Counted from the first letter of the stretch, positions 28,985 through 39,630 are shown. The stretch is DNA of 64,000 bases from Saprospiraceae bacterium (GCA_043744455.1 JAYTUQ010000138.1:4051-68050), one strand, 5' to 3'. Notes: generated by a model not told the origin, from the letters alone. Numbers and translations: made by a program.

Positions 28985-30963
28985 TTATTTATTTTAGTCT
29001 TTTTAGCAATGACTTGCGCTTTATCTTGTTCTTCACATTCGCGGCAAATCTCACCACAATCCCATTCTTTAATTTGCCCCGCAACAAGCTTACCTTTAAA
29101 ACAACAAATCAAAAGATGACCATTTTCTAAAAGTAAATCAATTTGTTCTGAACCACCTGTTTTATTAGTGTTAAAAAACTTAACGATGCACTCATCTTTA
29201 TCAAAACGAACATCCACTTCGCCATACTTTCTGTTGACAGTTATTTTATCTTTAACCAACCGCAACTTATCGCTTAATTTAAAATGAATTTCATAAGGAA
29301 TACTTTCACAATCAAAGTCTTTAAGAATCATTTTTTTATTTGTAGTTACTTTTATTTGCCCTAAATGATTATCTTCTTTAGCTTTAATATTAAATGTTTT
29401 ATGAAGCGGCAAAACAAGTTTTAATGAATTGTTGTTGATGCTGGCTATTTTTATTTGTTCACCTTTATTTATGGTAATAACAGGATTTGTAAAAAATTTA
29501 TTGGGAAACCTTAATGTTACAGTTGATTTGGTATTTGAGACAGATGAATTAATTACTTTACCTCTAACAGTTGTAAGTTCTAAATCAACCCTTTGAGTAT
29601 TGCTATAAATATTATCACGTAAAAGAATAGATATTATTGAATCTTTTCTTGGCGGTGCATAAATAACCTTAAATGTATGGAGACGATTTATTTCCAATAA
29701 TGGTTTTAAAGTGTCACCATTATACATCATAAAGTTATTTGCAATACCATTTACCAATAATTTAAACTGATTTGTATCGTTAGGAATAACTTTACCTTTC
29801 ATACTTGTAAATTCATTCAATACAACATTTATTCGTTTATAAACTTTAATATAGTTCGAAGGTATAAGTGTTAAATCGACATAAGGCTTGTTTGTATTTA
29901 AATCACGTATGGTCATGTTATAAAGTTTTGGCGATTCTTCATTAACGCTTTTAAACTTAATTTTTGTTGGATAAGAAGATTCATTAGATGGTATCACTAA
30001 AACGCGTTGTCCCTTGTTATTTACTTCAAGAAAAGCCTTATTATCATCAATAAGTGCAATGTCTGTTTCTTTATCATTAAATGGATAAGCATCGGGTAAT
30101 ACAATTCTACGTTTATTATCGTTTGATGACGAGTTCTTAGAAATAGGCGGTTGTAATCCAGGCATGCCCACTAACATAACAACACCAAGAATAAGCGCAA
30201 TTTGTGCCATCCCATTCTTTAAAGTAAAAAACAAAACCCTTTGAGCCGTTGTGTGTTGACCATAATAAATATGCGTTGGTTTATAATTGGGTAAGGCACA
30301 TTCAGGTTCTAAATTTTGCTCTTTATTCAATGCCACATTTATTTCAACAACGGTCACATCTTCTCTTTTTTTAGTTTTATTCAAAACATCAATAGTTATG
30401 CCCGTAATTGTTAAAATCAATGCATGATTGCCATCTTTATTACCTGTTAGCCAAAACTTCCAACTGTTAATTTCTCCAGATACAACGGATTGTAGCGTTA
30501 ACTTATTTAACGGTTCAATCGTAAACGCATCATCCGTTGCAGTTAGATTAACTTCCATTTCATCGCGTAAATAAATATCTTCATAAATATTCTTAAATTT
30601 AGTGGCAATGGTTTCTATTTGTTCATCGCTAATTTTTACTTCACACAAAATTTTCTTTCCTAAAGTCATCGCCGAAGGAATATTATGCACGGCATACCCT
30701 TTCTTAACAGGTTTAGTTGTTTTTGTTAATTCAATTTCAGCTAACAAATCTAAGAGGCTATTCGTAACGCGATTAATAGTCCGATTGTATTCATCATATT
30801 GAATAAGATGTCGGTCATGTTCGGTGCGATTCAACTCACCCAATAACGTGCATAAATAAATACGGTGTTTGAGAGTAGTTATGTTATCAATTAACAAATA
30901 AATGGCGTTTTGTAAATCACCTTTTTTGATAAAGTTTTCGACATTGGTTCTAATAGTTTCCAT
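28981..30963 (-). CDS. 660 aa single-pass membrane protein: helical adaptor-like N-terminus, central TM, Asn/Lys-rich beta-rich exterior, Cys-rich tail
   Basis: The N-terminus NVENFIKKGDLQNAIYLLIDNITTLKHRIYLCTLLGELNRTEHDRHLIQYDEYNRTINRVTNSLLDLLAEIE resembles short effector-associated helical modules. The TM helix is MAQIALILGVVMLVGMPGL. The C-terminus carries CCFKG...CGEICRECEE. The gene is very AT-rich. Confidence 0.65.
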   Translation of the reverse strand: METIRTNVENFIKKGDLQNAIYLLIDNITTLKHRIYLCTLLGELNRTEHDRHLIQYDEYNRTINRVTNSLLDLLAEIELTKTTKPVKKGYAVHNIPSAMTLGKKILCEVKISDEQIETIATKFKNIYEDIYLRDEMEVNLTATDDAFTIEPLNKLTLQSVVSGEINSWKFWLTGNKDGNHALILTITGITIDVLNKTKKREDVTVVEINVALNKEQNLEPECALPNYKPTHIYYGQHTTAQRVLFFTLKNGMAQIALILGVVMLVGMPGLQPPISKNSSSNDNKRRIVLPDAYPFNDKETDIALIDDNKAFLEVNNKGQRVLVIPSNESSYPTKIKFKSVNEESPKLYNMTIRDLNTNKPYVDLTLIPSNYIKVYKRINVVLNEFTSMKGKVIPNDTNQFKLLVNGIANNFMMYNGDTLKPLLEINRLHTFKVIYAPPRKDSIISILLRDNIYSNTQRVDLELTTVRGKVINSSVSNTKSTVTLRFPNKFFTNPVITINKGEQIKIASINNNSLKLVLPLHKTFNIKAKEDNHLGQIKVTTNKKMILKDFDCESIPYEIHFKLSDKLRLVKDKITVNRKYGEVDVRFDKDECIVKFFNTNKTGGSEQIDLLLENGHLLICCFKGKLVAGQIKEWDCGEICRECEEQDKAQVIAKKTKINN

Positions 30964-31283
30964 AATGGGTTATTTTGGTTGTCTTAAAAATGTCTTACAA
31001 AGCAATGAATCCGATTCGTTATGATTAGTAATGCGTTGTTCTCTGTCGTAAATATAGGTCTTAATTAGTAAAAAGCAAATTACATGTTATTTTTTTTTAA
31101 GTTTTAAAGAAAATATTAATGAGTATTGGGTTACAACCCTTTTTAGATGCAACTTTTTGCAAAACTAATACTCTCTACGAAAAAATACGTAGATAAACCT
31201 TATGAATTTAAATGAACAATATGTTATTGCAAAATATTAATATTCAGTATATTAATGATTTTTCACTTTTAAATATCTTCATC

Positions 31284-31805
31284 ATGAAAAAGACCTTGCT
31301 TTTAAGTTTACTTTCCATTTTTGCCCTACCGTTTTTTGCCCAAACAGCCCAAAAACAATTGGTGGGCGGACATTGTGATGGGTGCGAACTTTATACTGAG
31401 GGGATACCTAAAAATCTTTCTTGGCAAACGACGATGGCACAAGGAGAAGTAGGTACTAAACTGCATATCAGTGGAACGATTTATCAAGAAGATGGCAAAA
31501 CACCTGCGCCCAATGTGATTTTGTACATTTATCACACCGATAATGATGGCTATTATAAAGCTGCGGCGAATCAAACAGTCGCTAAGCGTCATGGACGACT
31601 GAGGGGGTGGATGAAAACCGATGACAAGGGACGTTATGCCTTTACAACGATTCGCCCTGGCACTTATCCTAACACCAAGTTCCTCGCACATATACATCCG
31701 ACGATTAAAGAACCGAATAAAAATGAGTATTATATTGATGATTTTGTCTTTGCCGATGACCCCAATATGACGGCTTCTGAAAAGAACAAAATGTCAAATC
31801 GTTGA
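31284..31805 (+). CDS. intradiol ring-cleavage dioxygenase-like secreted protein
   Basis: Start chosen at MKKTLLLSLLSIFALPFFAQ (signal peptide). The segments ILYIYHTDNDGYY, RLRGWMKTDDKGRYAFTTIRPGTYP and AHIH match the dioxygenase_C fold pattern. Confidence 0.7.
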   Translation: MKKTLLLSLLSIFALPFFAQTAQKQLVGGHCDGCELYTEGIPKNLSWQTTMAQGEVGTKLHISGTIYQEDGKTPAPNVILYIYHTDNDGYYKAAANQTVAKRHGRLRGWMKTDDKGRYAFTTIRPGTYPNTKFLAHIHPTIKEPNKNEYYIDDFVFADDPNMTASEKNKMSNR

Positions 31806-32519
31806 AAAATTAGCAACATCTAATAAGGGAACCTTCTTTGCATTCAATAATTGTCGAATGGCAACTAAATGAGAAAAGATAACAATGGGAACAATGACAG
31901 AAGGCAACCAAACAAATGGAAATTTTAACACACCTATATTAGGCTGATTAAAAGCAAATTGCTGAAAAGGCGTGGGCGCAGACAAAATACCTATAGCTAC
32001 GACATTGAGCACCAATAATAGACACACAAAATTCCAAATCAAATTGACCGTCCATTTCGTTTCACTGTTTTTAAAAACCCACCAAGCCAAAGGCAAAGCG
32101 GTTAAACCTGAAAATATATCAAAATTCCGTCCTTCAAAAGTCATTGAACGGGGTATTTGTTCGTTTAAAAACAACCAAAACAAGACAATTTCAACAGGTA
32201 CGCGACAAATATGAATCGCTGTTAAATCCTTCAAAGGCATTCTATCAATAAAATTTTGACCTTTTTTTGTGACTAAAAAATAAATCATTGTTAAAAATCC
32301 AGGCACAACGGCAAGGGCAAAGCGAGGCGGCATGGTATCCGTTTTTAAATAGAAATCGCTCGCTGCGAGAATACCCTGTAAGCTTACCCATACCCCTAAA
32401 CCTATCAAAATTTTGTTGGCAATGGTGGATGAGACGCGTGCACAAGTCCTATAAAATAAAGCAACTGTTAAAATAGTCGTTAAAATGAAAATGACAGACA
32501 CATATATCGGTACGTCCAT
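31794..32519 (-). CDS. polytopic membrane protein, unknown function
   Basis: Six or seven hydrophobic helices across 241 aa. No family recognised. Confidence 0.55.
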   Translation of the reverse strand: MDVPIYVSVIFILTTILTVALFYRTCARVSSTIANKILIGLGVWVSLQGILAASDFYLKTDTMPPRFALAVVPGFLTMIYFLVTKKGQNFIDRMPLKDLTAIHICRVPVEIVLFWLFLNEQIPRSMTFEGRNFDIFSGLTALPLAWWVFKNSETKWTVNLIWNFVCLLLVLNVVAIGILSAPTPFQQFAFNQPNIGVLKFPFVWLPSVIVPIVIFSHLVAIRQLLNAKKVPLLDVANFSTI

Positions 32520-32783
32520 ATTTTTGAAATTTTATAATTTGATTTGGTTAGGTTTTGTTTACTAATTTTAACAAAGATAGTAGAAACAGCGAAAAATGCT
32601 CTTGCAATGGTGTTGAAATTAAGCAAACTTTGGACTCAACGGTACAAATAAAACATAAAAAATCAATTGGTTGCCATCAGAAAATGAAAAAAGTAAAAAG
32701 GGCTCATCGGTTTTGGTTTTTTAACGCTTACTAAACGCCCTAAACTTAACGAAACAAGTATCTTTACCACCAAAAATGACTTT

Positions 32784-33071
32784 ATGAAACCGACAATTCA
32801 TACTTTAGACCTCCATTTTTTGGGTCATGCTGAAACGGTGGCTGCCTTTTTGATTGTTGCCGATGGCGAAGTTGCATTGGTTGAAACAGGTCCTTATTCG
32901 ACGTTTGATTCCTTGAAAAAGGCGTGTTTAGACGTGGGGCATCCCTTAGAAACGATAAAAAAAGTCTTTTTGACGCATATTCATTTCGACCATGCGGGCG
33001 CAGCATGGGCTTTGGCATGTCCACATTATCCATTATCCGCTACACATTATCCATTATCAACTAAAATATAA
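32784..33071 (+). pseudogene. truncated MBL-fold metallo-hydrolase (N-terminal ~78 aa only)
   Basis: The translation MKPTIHTLDLHFLG...VFLTHIHFDHAGAAWALA contains the HxHxDH motif, then runs into the CATTATCC word repeat (PHYPLSATHYPLS) and stops. Full-length relatives are about 280 aa. Confidence 0.6.
33022..33058. repeat. CATTATCC word repeat related to the 27943-28012 hairpin arm
   Basis: CCACATTATCCATTATCCGCTACACATTATCCATTATC shares CCATTATCCGCTA..TCCATTATC with the arm at 27983-28012. Confidence 0.6.
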
Positions 33072-33075
33072 ATTT

Positions 33076-34203
33076 ATGAATATTATTATCAGCGCAGGTG
33101 GCACGGGCGGACATATATTTCCAGCGATTGCCGTTGCAGATGAATTGAAGCGACAAGACCCCTCAGTAAAAATTCTGTTTGTGGGTGCGGAAGGTAAAAT
33201 GGAGATGGAACGGGTGCCAAAAGCAGGTTATGCCATTGAGGGACTGTGGATTGCGGGATTTCAAAGGCGTTTGACAATGAAAAACGTCCTTTTGAATTTA
33301 CAATTACCTTTCAAAGTGTTGCATTCGATGATGAAAGTGAGGCGCATTTTGTCAACTTTTAAACCTGATGTCGTTGTGGGTTTTGGCGGTTTCGCTTCGG
33401 GTCCAACATTAAAAGCAGCGGCTTCAATGGGTATTCCGACCATTTTGCAAGAGCAAAATTCATATGCAGGTGTGACTAATAAGTTGTTGGCACAAAAAGC
33501 AAAAAAAATATGCGTGGCTTATGAGGGTTTAGAAAAATTCTTTCCTTCGCAGAAACTCATCGTGACGGGCAACCCTGTTAGAGCCGATATTTTGGACATA
33601 AAATCGAAATATACTGAGGGGGTCAATTATTTTGGTTTAGACAAAAATAAAAAAACGATAGCTGTTCTCGGTGGTTCTTTGGGTGCAAAAAGCTTGAATG
33701 TGGCGATGGAAGCCAATGCAGAACTGATTGGAAATCAATCAAATATGCAAATCCTATGGCAATGTGGACGCTTATATGAAGAAGATTTTAAAGATGGCAA
33801 AGCGGCTCATTTACCTAATGTACAGATGCGTCCTTTCATTGACCGCATGGATTTGGCTTACGCTGTTGCTGATGTTATCATCGCACGAGCGGGTGCATTG
33901 ACGATTTCGGAACTGTGTTTGGCGGGAACGCCTACGGTGTTAGTGCCTTCCCCAAATGTGGCGGAAGACCACCAAACAAAAAACGCGATGGCATTGGTGA
34001 ATAAAAAAGCGGCTGTACTTGTAAAGGATAAAGATGCTTCACAAAAGATGATATCTACAGCCATAGAAGTTATTGGTAATCAAGAGCTTATGAGCGAATT
34101 GAGTAAAAATATTTTAAGTCTTTCTAAACCTCATGCGGCTAAAGATATTGCTGACGTGGTTATGAATCAAAGTCGAATAAGCAGTAACAACGAGCCGAAT
34201 TGA
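33076..34203 (+). CDS. murG: UDP-N-acetylglucosamine--N-acetylmuramyl-(pentapeptide) pyrophosphoryl-undecaprenol GlcNAc transferase
   Basis: MNIIISAGGTGGHIFPAIAVADEL, GFGGFASGP and a C-terminal ARAGALTISEL...EDHQTKNA. The track N-terminal extension from 32992 is rejected. Confidence 0.9.
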   Translation: MNIIISAGGTGGHIFPAIAVADELKRQDPSVKILFVGAEGKMEMERVPKAGYAIEGLWIAGFQRRLTMKNVLLNLQLPFKVLHSMMKVRRILSTFKPDVVVGFGGFASGPTLKAAASMGIPTILQEQNSYAGVTNKLLAQKAKKICVAYEGLEKFFPSQKLIVTGNPVRADILDIKSKYTEGVNYFGLDKNKKTIAVLGGSLGAKSLNVAMEANAELIGNQSNMQILWQCGRLYEEDFKDGKAAHLPNVQMRPFIDRMDLAYAVADVIIARAGALTISELCLAGTPTVLVPSPNVAEDHQTKNAMALVNKKAAVLVKDKDASQKMISTAIEVIGNQELMSELSKNILSLSKPHAAKDIADVVMNQSRISSNNEPN

Positions 34204-34394
34204 AAGTGTCAAATGATAAACATAAAAGCTATACGTTCAATCATTTTGATGTATTCATTGATACCCTTTTGGCAGTTATTGCTACTAATGACCCACTGTG
34301 GACGACCATACATGCCGATTGGGAAATGTTGCGGACAAAAACGGTAAAAACCATTGCAGAAATTAGAGACGCAACTGTTAAATCTAACCCTTAA
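34200..34394 (+). CDS. small hypothetical protein (64 aa)
   Basis: Has a 4-nt overlap with the murG stop. No family recognised. Confidence 0.3.
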   Translation: MKVSNDKHKSYTFNHFDVFIDTLLAVIATNDPLWTTIHADWEMLRTKTVKTIAEIRDATVKSNP

Positions 34395-34752
34395 AAACAG
34401 AAATCAGCAAAACGCTCATGGACGTTTTTTTTAACATTTTCTTAAAATTGAAAAATTTGTATGCCTAAACAGCGTTTCTATTCTTTTAGAAATCTACTCT
34501 TTTATACCCCCTCAGTATCCATCCTAATACAGAGGTAAAAAGAGGTTTTTTCACTAAATCTATCACTTGACTTTTCGTTTAGTTTCAAATATCTAACTTT
34601 ACGCCGTTTTCAAAGCATAATAAACTCATTTCAAAAATTCAAAATTTGAAAATTCTACAATCACGTTAAAAAAGGCATTATTTACCTTTCTTACAAAAAA
34701 TGGATTAGAATTTGGTTATCCAAATTTTGAAATCAATTCGACCTATCAAAAT

Positions 34753-37700
34753 ATGAAGAAAAGTTTTATTCTCCTTTTCTCTTTCTGGGCTTTTATCGGT
34801 ACGCACTTGCATGCGCAATGCAACCGACCAAACCCTTCTGACAATCCTTGTACAGCGCCTACTTTTTGCGATAACGACCAATTAGATGGCTTTTGCAGTA
34901 TTGTGACAACGCCTATTTTAGGGCGTAAATATCTAAAACCTGCTTCTTTTTGTGGTTCATTGGAAAGTCCCAGCTGGTTTAAATTTGTAGCAGATGCGTC
35001 AGACCATTCATTTACATTCAACGCCAATAATGCGATTGGTTGTAATGGGAATGGAGTCCAAGCGGCTGTTTATGATGCCATAGATTGTACAGATTCGACT
35101 ACTTTTATCCAGAAATCGAATTGTATAAATGCCACTGGTGGACAACCCGTTGCCACCGTCAATGCGACCAATTTGGTCGCAGGCAGGACATATTATATAC
35201 TCGTTGACGGCTATGGTGGACAGGCGTGTTCGTATCAAATTTTGAATGTTGCCGCACCTATCCGAGCCACAAATCAACCTTTACCGACGCCCTCAGTCAT
35301 TTATGGTGCCACGAGCGTTTGTGCCAATGCAACAAGCGTCACTTACAGTGTACCTAAAGTCCTAAATGCCAGTGATTACAAGTTTGACGTAACCATAAAC
35401 GGTGTCACCAACACCTTTATTCGTCCTGATAGTTTCTATACAATCACCTCATTTCCTGCCAGTGGTACGGCAAGAATTTGTGTGAGTTATATGAACGATT
35501 GTACGGTTTCGGGAACGCCGCGTTGTGTAGATATAACCATAACAACGAGTACAATTATCACATTACCAACGGCTTATCTCTGTCCAGGCCAAACTTATAC
35601 ATTACCAGATGGCAATATTGAAGACAATGCTATTCCCCCCAATTCAGACCAAACGACGCCGTTTAGTTTCAATAAAACAGGTTCAGGAGGTTGCGACACG
35701 ACATTTAATGTGACTGTTGTTAAATATGCAGAAAGAACAGCCACTCAAAATATTTTTTTGAAACCTACCGAAACGAAAGTCGTATGCGGCACAACCATGT
35801 CGATACCCGCAGCCACTTGTCCAAGCAAACCCAATGTCATCGTTTGTAGCGGTGGTGCGTCAACAGGCTGTGATTCTATCATCAATTTGACCATTTTTAA
35901 TGCCAAAGAAACCTCTGCCATAACACCTGCAAACCCTGTTTTGAATTGTAATTCTATGACTCTGCAAGTCAATCATACAGATACATGTACGGGTATTGTG
36001 CATAAGGAAACCTATCAATGGTTTTTCCAAGCACAAGCCGGCGACCCCCTCAGTAATTTGAACAATCAGCAATCCAATTTGACGGTGACACAGACTGGCA
36101 TTTATTCTGTTATAGTACGCGATTCTGTTTATCGTCTAGGGCAACCCATTTTAGGCAGCCGCATTTTTGTTGATACTATTCGCGTGACGGTGACAGGTTT
36201 AGGAGGCAATGGCACGCCTGTACAGCCAAATTTAATCAGCGGCAAAACGGATACAACCGTTTGTCAAGGTGCAAGAACAACTTTAACTATTCCCGCTGTG
36301 CCCAATGCAACCATTTATACATGGTCATTGACCCGCAACGGGGGAACGATATTTTCAGGGCAAGGGACAACTTCTGTAACCATTGATTGGTTGCCCACAA
36401 CATCTGGCGATACCGTGGTTGTGATAGCAAGCAATGCGTGTGGCACAAGCCCTGCACGCCGTTTAACTGTTTTAATGCTCAACTTTCCTAACTTAAATGC
36501 AGGTGCTGATTTAGCAGTATGTGGTACGACAGCAACCTTAAATGCCACCCCCAGCACACAAAATGGTTCTTGGGTTAGTGCTGCAACAAATACAGGTGGT
36601 GTCGTGTTTAGCAATGCCAGTTTACCAAATAGTAATGTTCAAGTAACACAATCTGGTCTTTACAAATTGATTTGGCGAGAAACCCTAAGCGGATGTTCAA
36701 AAGCAGATACAGTGGATTATACCTTTAATCCTATACCTCAAACAAGCAATTTAAAAGACAGTTGTAATGTTGCTCGTACCAATTATTTTGTTAAGTTCAA
36801 TATCACAGGTGGTACCCCGCCCTATCAAGTTTATTTTTCAGGAACGAACAACCCCGCAGGTACAGTCGGCGCAGGTGGATTGTTTTCCTCAAATGCTTTA
36901 ACATTAGGGACAAATGCTTTTGACATTAAAGATGTCAATTTATGTTCACCAACGGCGCCCATTTCAGTTACTCAAGGTTGTACAAACTGTACAACAAGAG
37001 CGGGCATCATGGATGTGACGACCGAATTATCCATTTGTCAAGGCGATACAGCGCGGGCAACCTACCAAGGCGGCTATGTCAACGATGGTAACGATACATT
37101 GCAATTCGTTTTACATCGCGGCGACCCACGTTCAGGCGTCATTGCGAGGAGCAATGCACCGCGTTTTACCTATCAAGCAGGTATGCTCTTTGACACACCT
37201 TATTATATATCAGCGATAGCAGGCGATGATAGTCTAAGACAAGTGAAATTAACTGACCCTTGTTTCAATTTTAGCCCTGGCGTTCCAGTCATTTTTCACA
37301 AAAAACCGACAGCAACCATTGCTGTTTCTGATTCTAATTTATGTGTTGGCAATTGTACCAATTTGCGTTTCAATATGACGGGCAAATCGCCTTTTAATGT
37401 GGGTATTAGGGTAACGGACTCAATAACAAAAGATACTTCGTTCAACCTCATTACCGATGGCTATCTTGCGCGTGTTTGCCCAACGCGAAATACAACTTAT
37501 CGCCTCTTTTCTATCAGAGATTCGTTTGGTTGTGCCGATACAACGCTAACGAGACAAGTTGCCGTTACCATTTTTCAGCCCGTTTTTGCAGGAACACCCA
37601 AAGCACCCCCCCTCAGTATTTGCAGCAGTTTAGACACAACTATTACATTATCAACACTTTTGAACACCGCTACTGCGGGCGGCACATGGACAGAAGTATC

Positions 37701-39630
37701 GAGTGCACCTTCAACAAGTGGCGCATTTACAGCCGCATCTGGTAGATTCCGTACGCGCAACCAAGCCACGGGTATCTATCGGTTTGCATATACCGTAACA
37801 CCCAGAGCGGGTTCGCCTTGTCCGAGTAATACAGCTTTTGTCAATATTGAAGTCAAATTTACGCCAGTTGCAGATGCTGGTCCAAATGATACCATCCGTT
37901 GCAACAAACAACAAGTGCGCATTGGTGGACCCAATACATCAACAGGCAATTCCGTAACGGTTCAATGGTCAGGGGGTATTGGTGGCAATGTACCGCAACA
38001 AAATGTGACACAACCAGGCACTTTTATACTTACAGCCACATCCGATGGTTGTTCATCGCGTGATACTGTTGTTGTGTTTGTAGATACAGCTACACCTCGT
38101 GCCATCATCCGACCCGTTACTCAAACGCTGTCTTGTACAGTGAATTCTGTAACATTAGACGGTGCAAATTCGACACCTGTTGGGCAAATCAACTATCTAT
38201 GGTTATTCAATAATATTCCTTTCGAAAACAATCCAATGACACAAGCGAATTTTGGTGGCATATATACTTTATCCGTAACGAATCAGAAAAATGGTTGTAT
38301 CAACAGCGATACCATCAACATAAAGGAAAATAGAACACAGCCAAATATAAATATAGTTAAACCAAAAATATTAAATTGTAAAGATACTATTGTGACCATT
38401 GATGCCAGCACATCTTCACGTGGCAGTAATTATACTTTCACTTGGAAATCCGCTAATGGCGGGCGTTTTTTTAGCGATTCCACAACTTTAACACCTAAAG
38501 TTAAAGTGTCAGGTTTTTATTTATTGACAATTACTGATACAACCAATAACTGCAAAGACTCTTCATTTACCTTTGTTCCAGTTGATACCATTCGTCCAGT
38601 TGCTTCTGCTATCGCTACTGATTCGTTGAACTGTACCAATCCGACGGTTGCCTTGAGCGGTCGTGGTTCAACGTTAAGTACCATTATCACTTACAATTGG
38701 ACAGCACTAACCGGGCATATTCTTTTAGGTGCTAATACATTGAACCCCATTGTTGATGAGCCTGGTTTTTATGTCTTAACCGTACTTAATAGTCGAAATT
38801 TTTGTTCAGGCATGGATACTGCCCGAGTTATTCAAAACAATCAGCGTCCCACAGGCATTAATATTTCCATAAAAAAGCCGACATGTTTCAGTGAATGTGA
38901 TGCCACTTTACGTATCAATAGCGTCCAAGGCGGCACATCACCCTTTATCTATTCCCTTGACGGTAAAGTATTTACAACAAAAAATACTTTTACAAACCAA
39001 TGTGCAGGAACCTTCAAATTGACGATTCAAGATGCGGGCGGTTGTTTGTTGGATACCTTATTTTCTATTTCTCAACCCAAGCAATTATCTGTTTCTTTAG
39101 GTATTGATACAACGCTCAAGTTAGGTGACAGTTTGTTGCTAAAGGTATTGACGAATGCTGAAACCATAAAAAGCATCGTTTGGAATCCACTTGTTGACTC
39201 AACGAAGTGTCCAAAAGGCAGTTTTTGTATCCAACAATGGGTTCGTCCTACCCGAGGAACAACATATACGGCGACATTAACAGACCAAAACGGCTGCCGC
39301 ACAGTTGGGCGTATCAATGTGTCTATTGACAAACAAAGACCTATTTTTATTCCGTCTGCTTTTTCGCCAAACAATGATTCTTATAATGATATCTTAATGA
39401 TTAATGGCAGTCAAGTTATCAAAAACATCAAACGCTTTCAAATTTATGACCGTTGGGGCGAACTGATGTTTGCAAAAGCCAACTTCAATGCCGATGACCC
39501 CAATTTCGGTTGGGATGGTCGCAACAAAGGACGCGATGTCTTGCCTGGTGTATATGTCTATTACGTTGAAGTTGAATATTTCGACAATACATCGGATATT
39601 ATTGAAGGTGATGTAACGTTGATGCGTTAA
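34753..39630 (+). CDS. 1625 aa Cys-rich multi-Ig-domain surface protein with T9SS gliding-motility-type C-terminal sorting domain
   Basis: Signal peptide MKKSFILLFSFWAFIGTHLHAQ, many repeated about 80-100 aa beta-domains, and the C-terminus FIPSAFSPNNDSYNDILMING...YDRWGELMF...GWDGRNKGRDVLPGVYVYYVEV (CHU_C/TIGR04131-like). Confidence 0.85.
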   Translation: MKKSFILLFSFWAFIGTHLHAQCNRPNPSDNPCTAPTFCDNDQLDGFCSIVTTPILGRKYLKPASFCGSLESPSWFKFVADASDHSFTFNANNAIGCNGNGVQAAVYDAIDCTDSTTFIQKSNCINATGGQPVATVNATNLVAGRTYYILVDGYGGQACSYQILNVAAPIRATNQPLPTPSVIYGATSVCANATSVTYSVPKVLNASDYKFDVTINGVTNTFIRPDSFYTITSFPASGTARICVSYMNDCTVSGTPRCVDITITTSTIITLPTAYLCPGQTYTLPDGNIEDNAIPPNSDQTTPFSFNKTGSGGCDTTFNVTVVKYAERTATQNIFLKPTETKVVCGTTMSIPAATCPSKPNVIVCSGGASTGCDSIINLTIFNAKETSAITPANPVLNCNSMTLQVNHTDTCTGIVHKETYQWFFQAQAGDPLSNLNNQQSNLTVTQTGIYSVIVRDSVYRLGQPILGSRIFVDTIRVTVTGLGGNGTPVQPNLISGKTDTTVCQGARTTLTIPAVPNATIYTWSLTRNGGTIFSGQGTTSVTIDWLPTTSGDTVVVIASNACGTSPARRLTVLMLNFPNLNAGADLAVCGTTATLNATPSTQNGSWVSAATNTGGVVFSNASLPNSNVQVTQSGLYKLIWRETLSGCSKADTVDYTFNPIPQTSNLKDSCNVARTNYFVKFNITGGTPPYQVYFSGTNNPAGTVGAGGLFSSNALTLGTNAFDIKDVNLCSPTAPISVTQGCTNCTTRAGIMDVTTELSICQGDTARATYQGGYVNDGNDTLQFVLHRGDPRSGVIARSNAPRFTYQAGMLFDTPYYISAIAGDDSLRQVKLTDPCFNFSPGVPVIFHKKPTATIAVSDSNLCVGNCTNLRFNMTGKSPFNVGIRVTDSITKDTSFNLITDGYLARVCPTRNTTYRLFSIRDSFGCADTTLTRQVAVTIFQPVFAGTPKAPPLSICSSLDTTITLSTLLNTATAGGTWTEVSSAPSTSGAFTAASGRFRTRNQATGIYRFAYTVTPRAGSPCPSNTAFVNIEVKFTPVADAGPNDTIRCNKQQVRIGGPNTSTGNSVTVQWSGGIGGNVPQQNVTQPGTFILTATSDGCSSRDTVVVFVDTATPRAIIRPVTQTLSCTVNSVTLDGANSTPVGQINYLWLFNNIPFENNPMTQANFGGIYTLSVTNQKNGCINSDTINIKENRTQPNINIVKPKILNCKDTIVTIDASTSSRGSNYTFTWKSANGGRFFSDSTTLTPKVKVSGFYLLTITDTTNNCKDSSFTFVPVDTIRPVASAIATDSLNCTNPTVALSGRGSTLSTIITYNWTALTGHILLGANTLNPIVDEPGFYVLTVLNSRNFCSGMDTARVIQNNQRPTGINISIKKPTCFSECDATLRINSVQGGTSPFIYSLDGKVFTTKNTFTNQCAGTFKLTIQDAGGCLLDTLFSISQPKQLSVSLGIDTTLKLGDSLLLKVLTNAETIKSIVWNPLVDSTKCPKGSFCIQQWVRPTRGTTYTATLTDQNGCRTVGRINVSIDKQRPIFIPSAFSPNNDSYNDILMINGSQVIKNIKRFQIYDRWGELMFAKANFNADDPNFGWDGRNKGRDVLPGVYVYYVEVEYFDNTSDIIEGDVTLMR

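Noticed and set aside
32992-33075. An N-terminal extension of murG (MRAQHGLWHVHIIHYPLHIIHYQLKYKF)
   Set aside because: It is a translation of the CATTATCC word repeat and of the tail of the truncated MBL gene. MurG homologues start at MNIIISAGGTGGH (33076).
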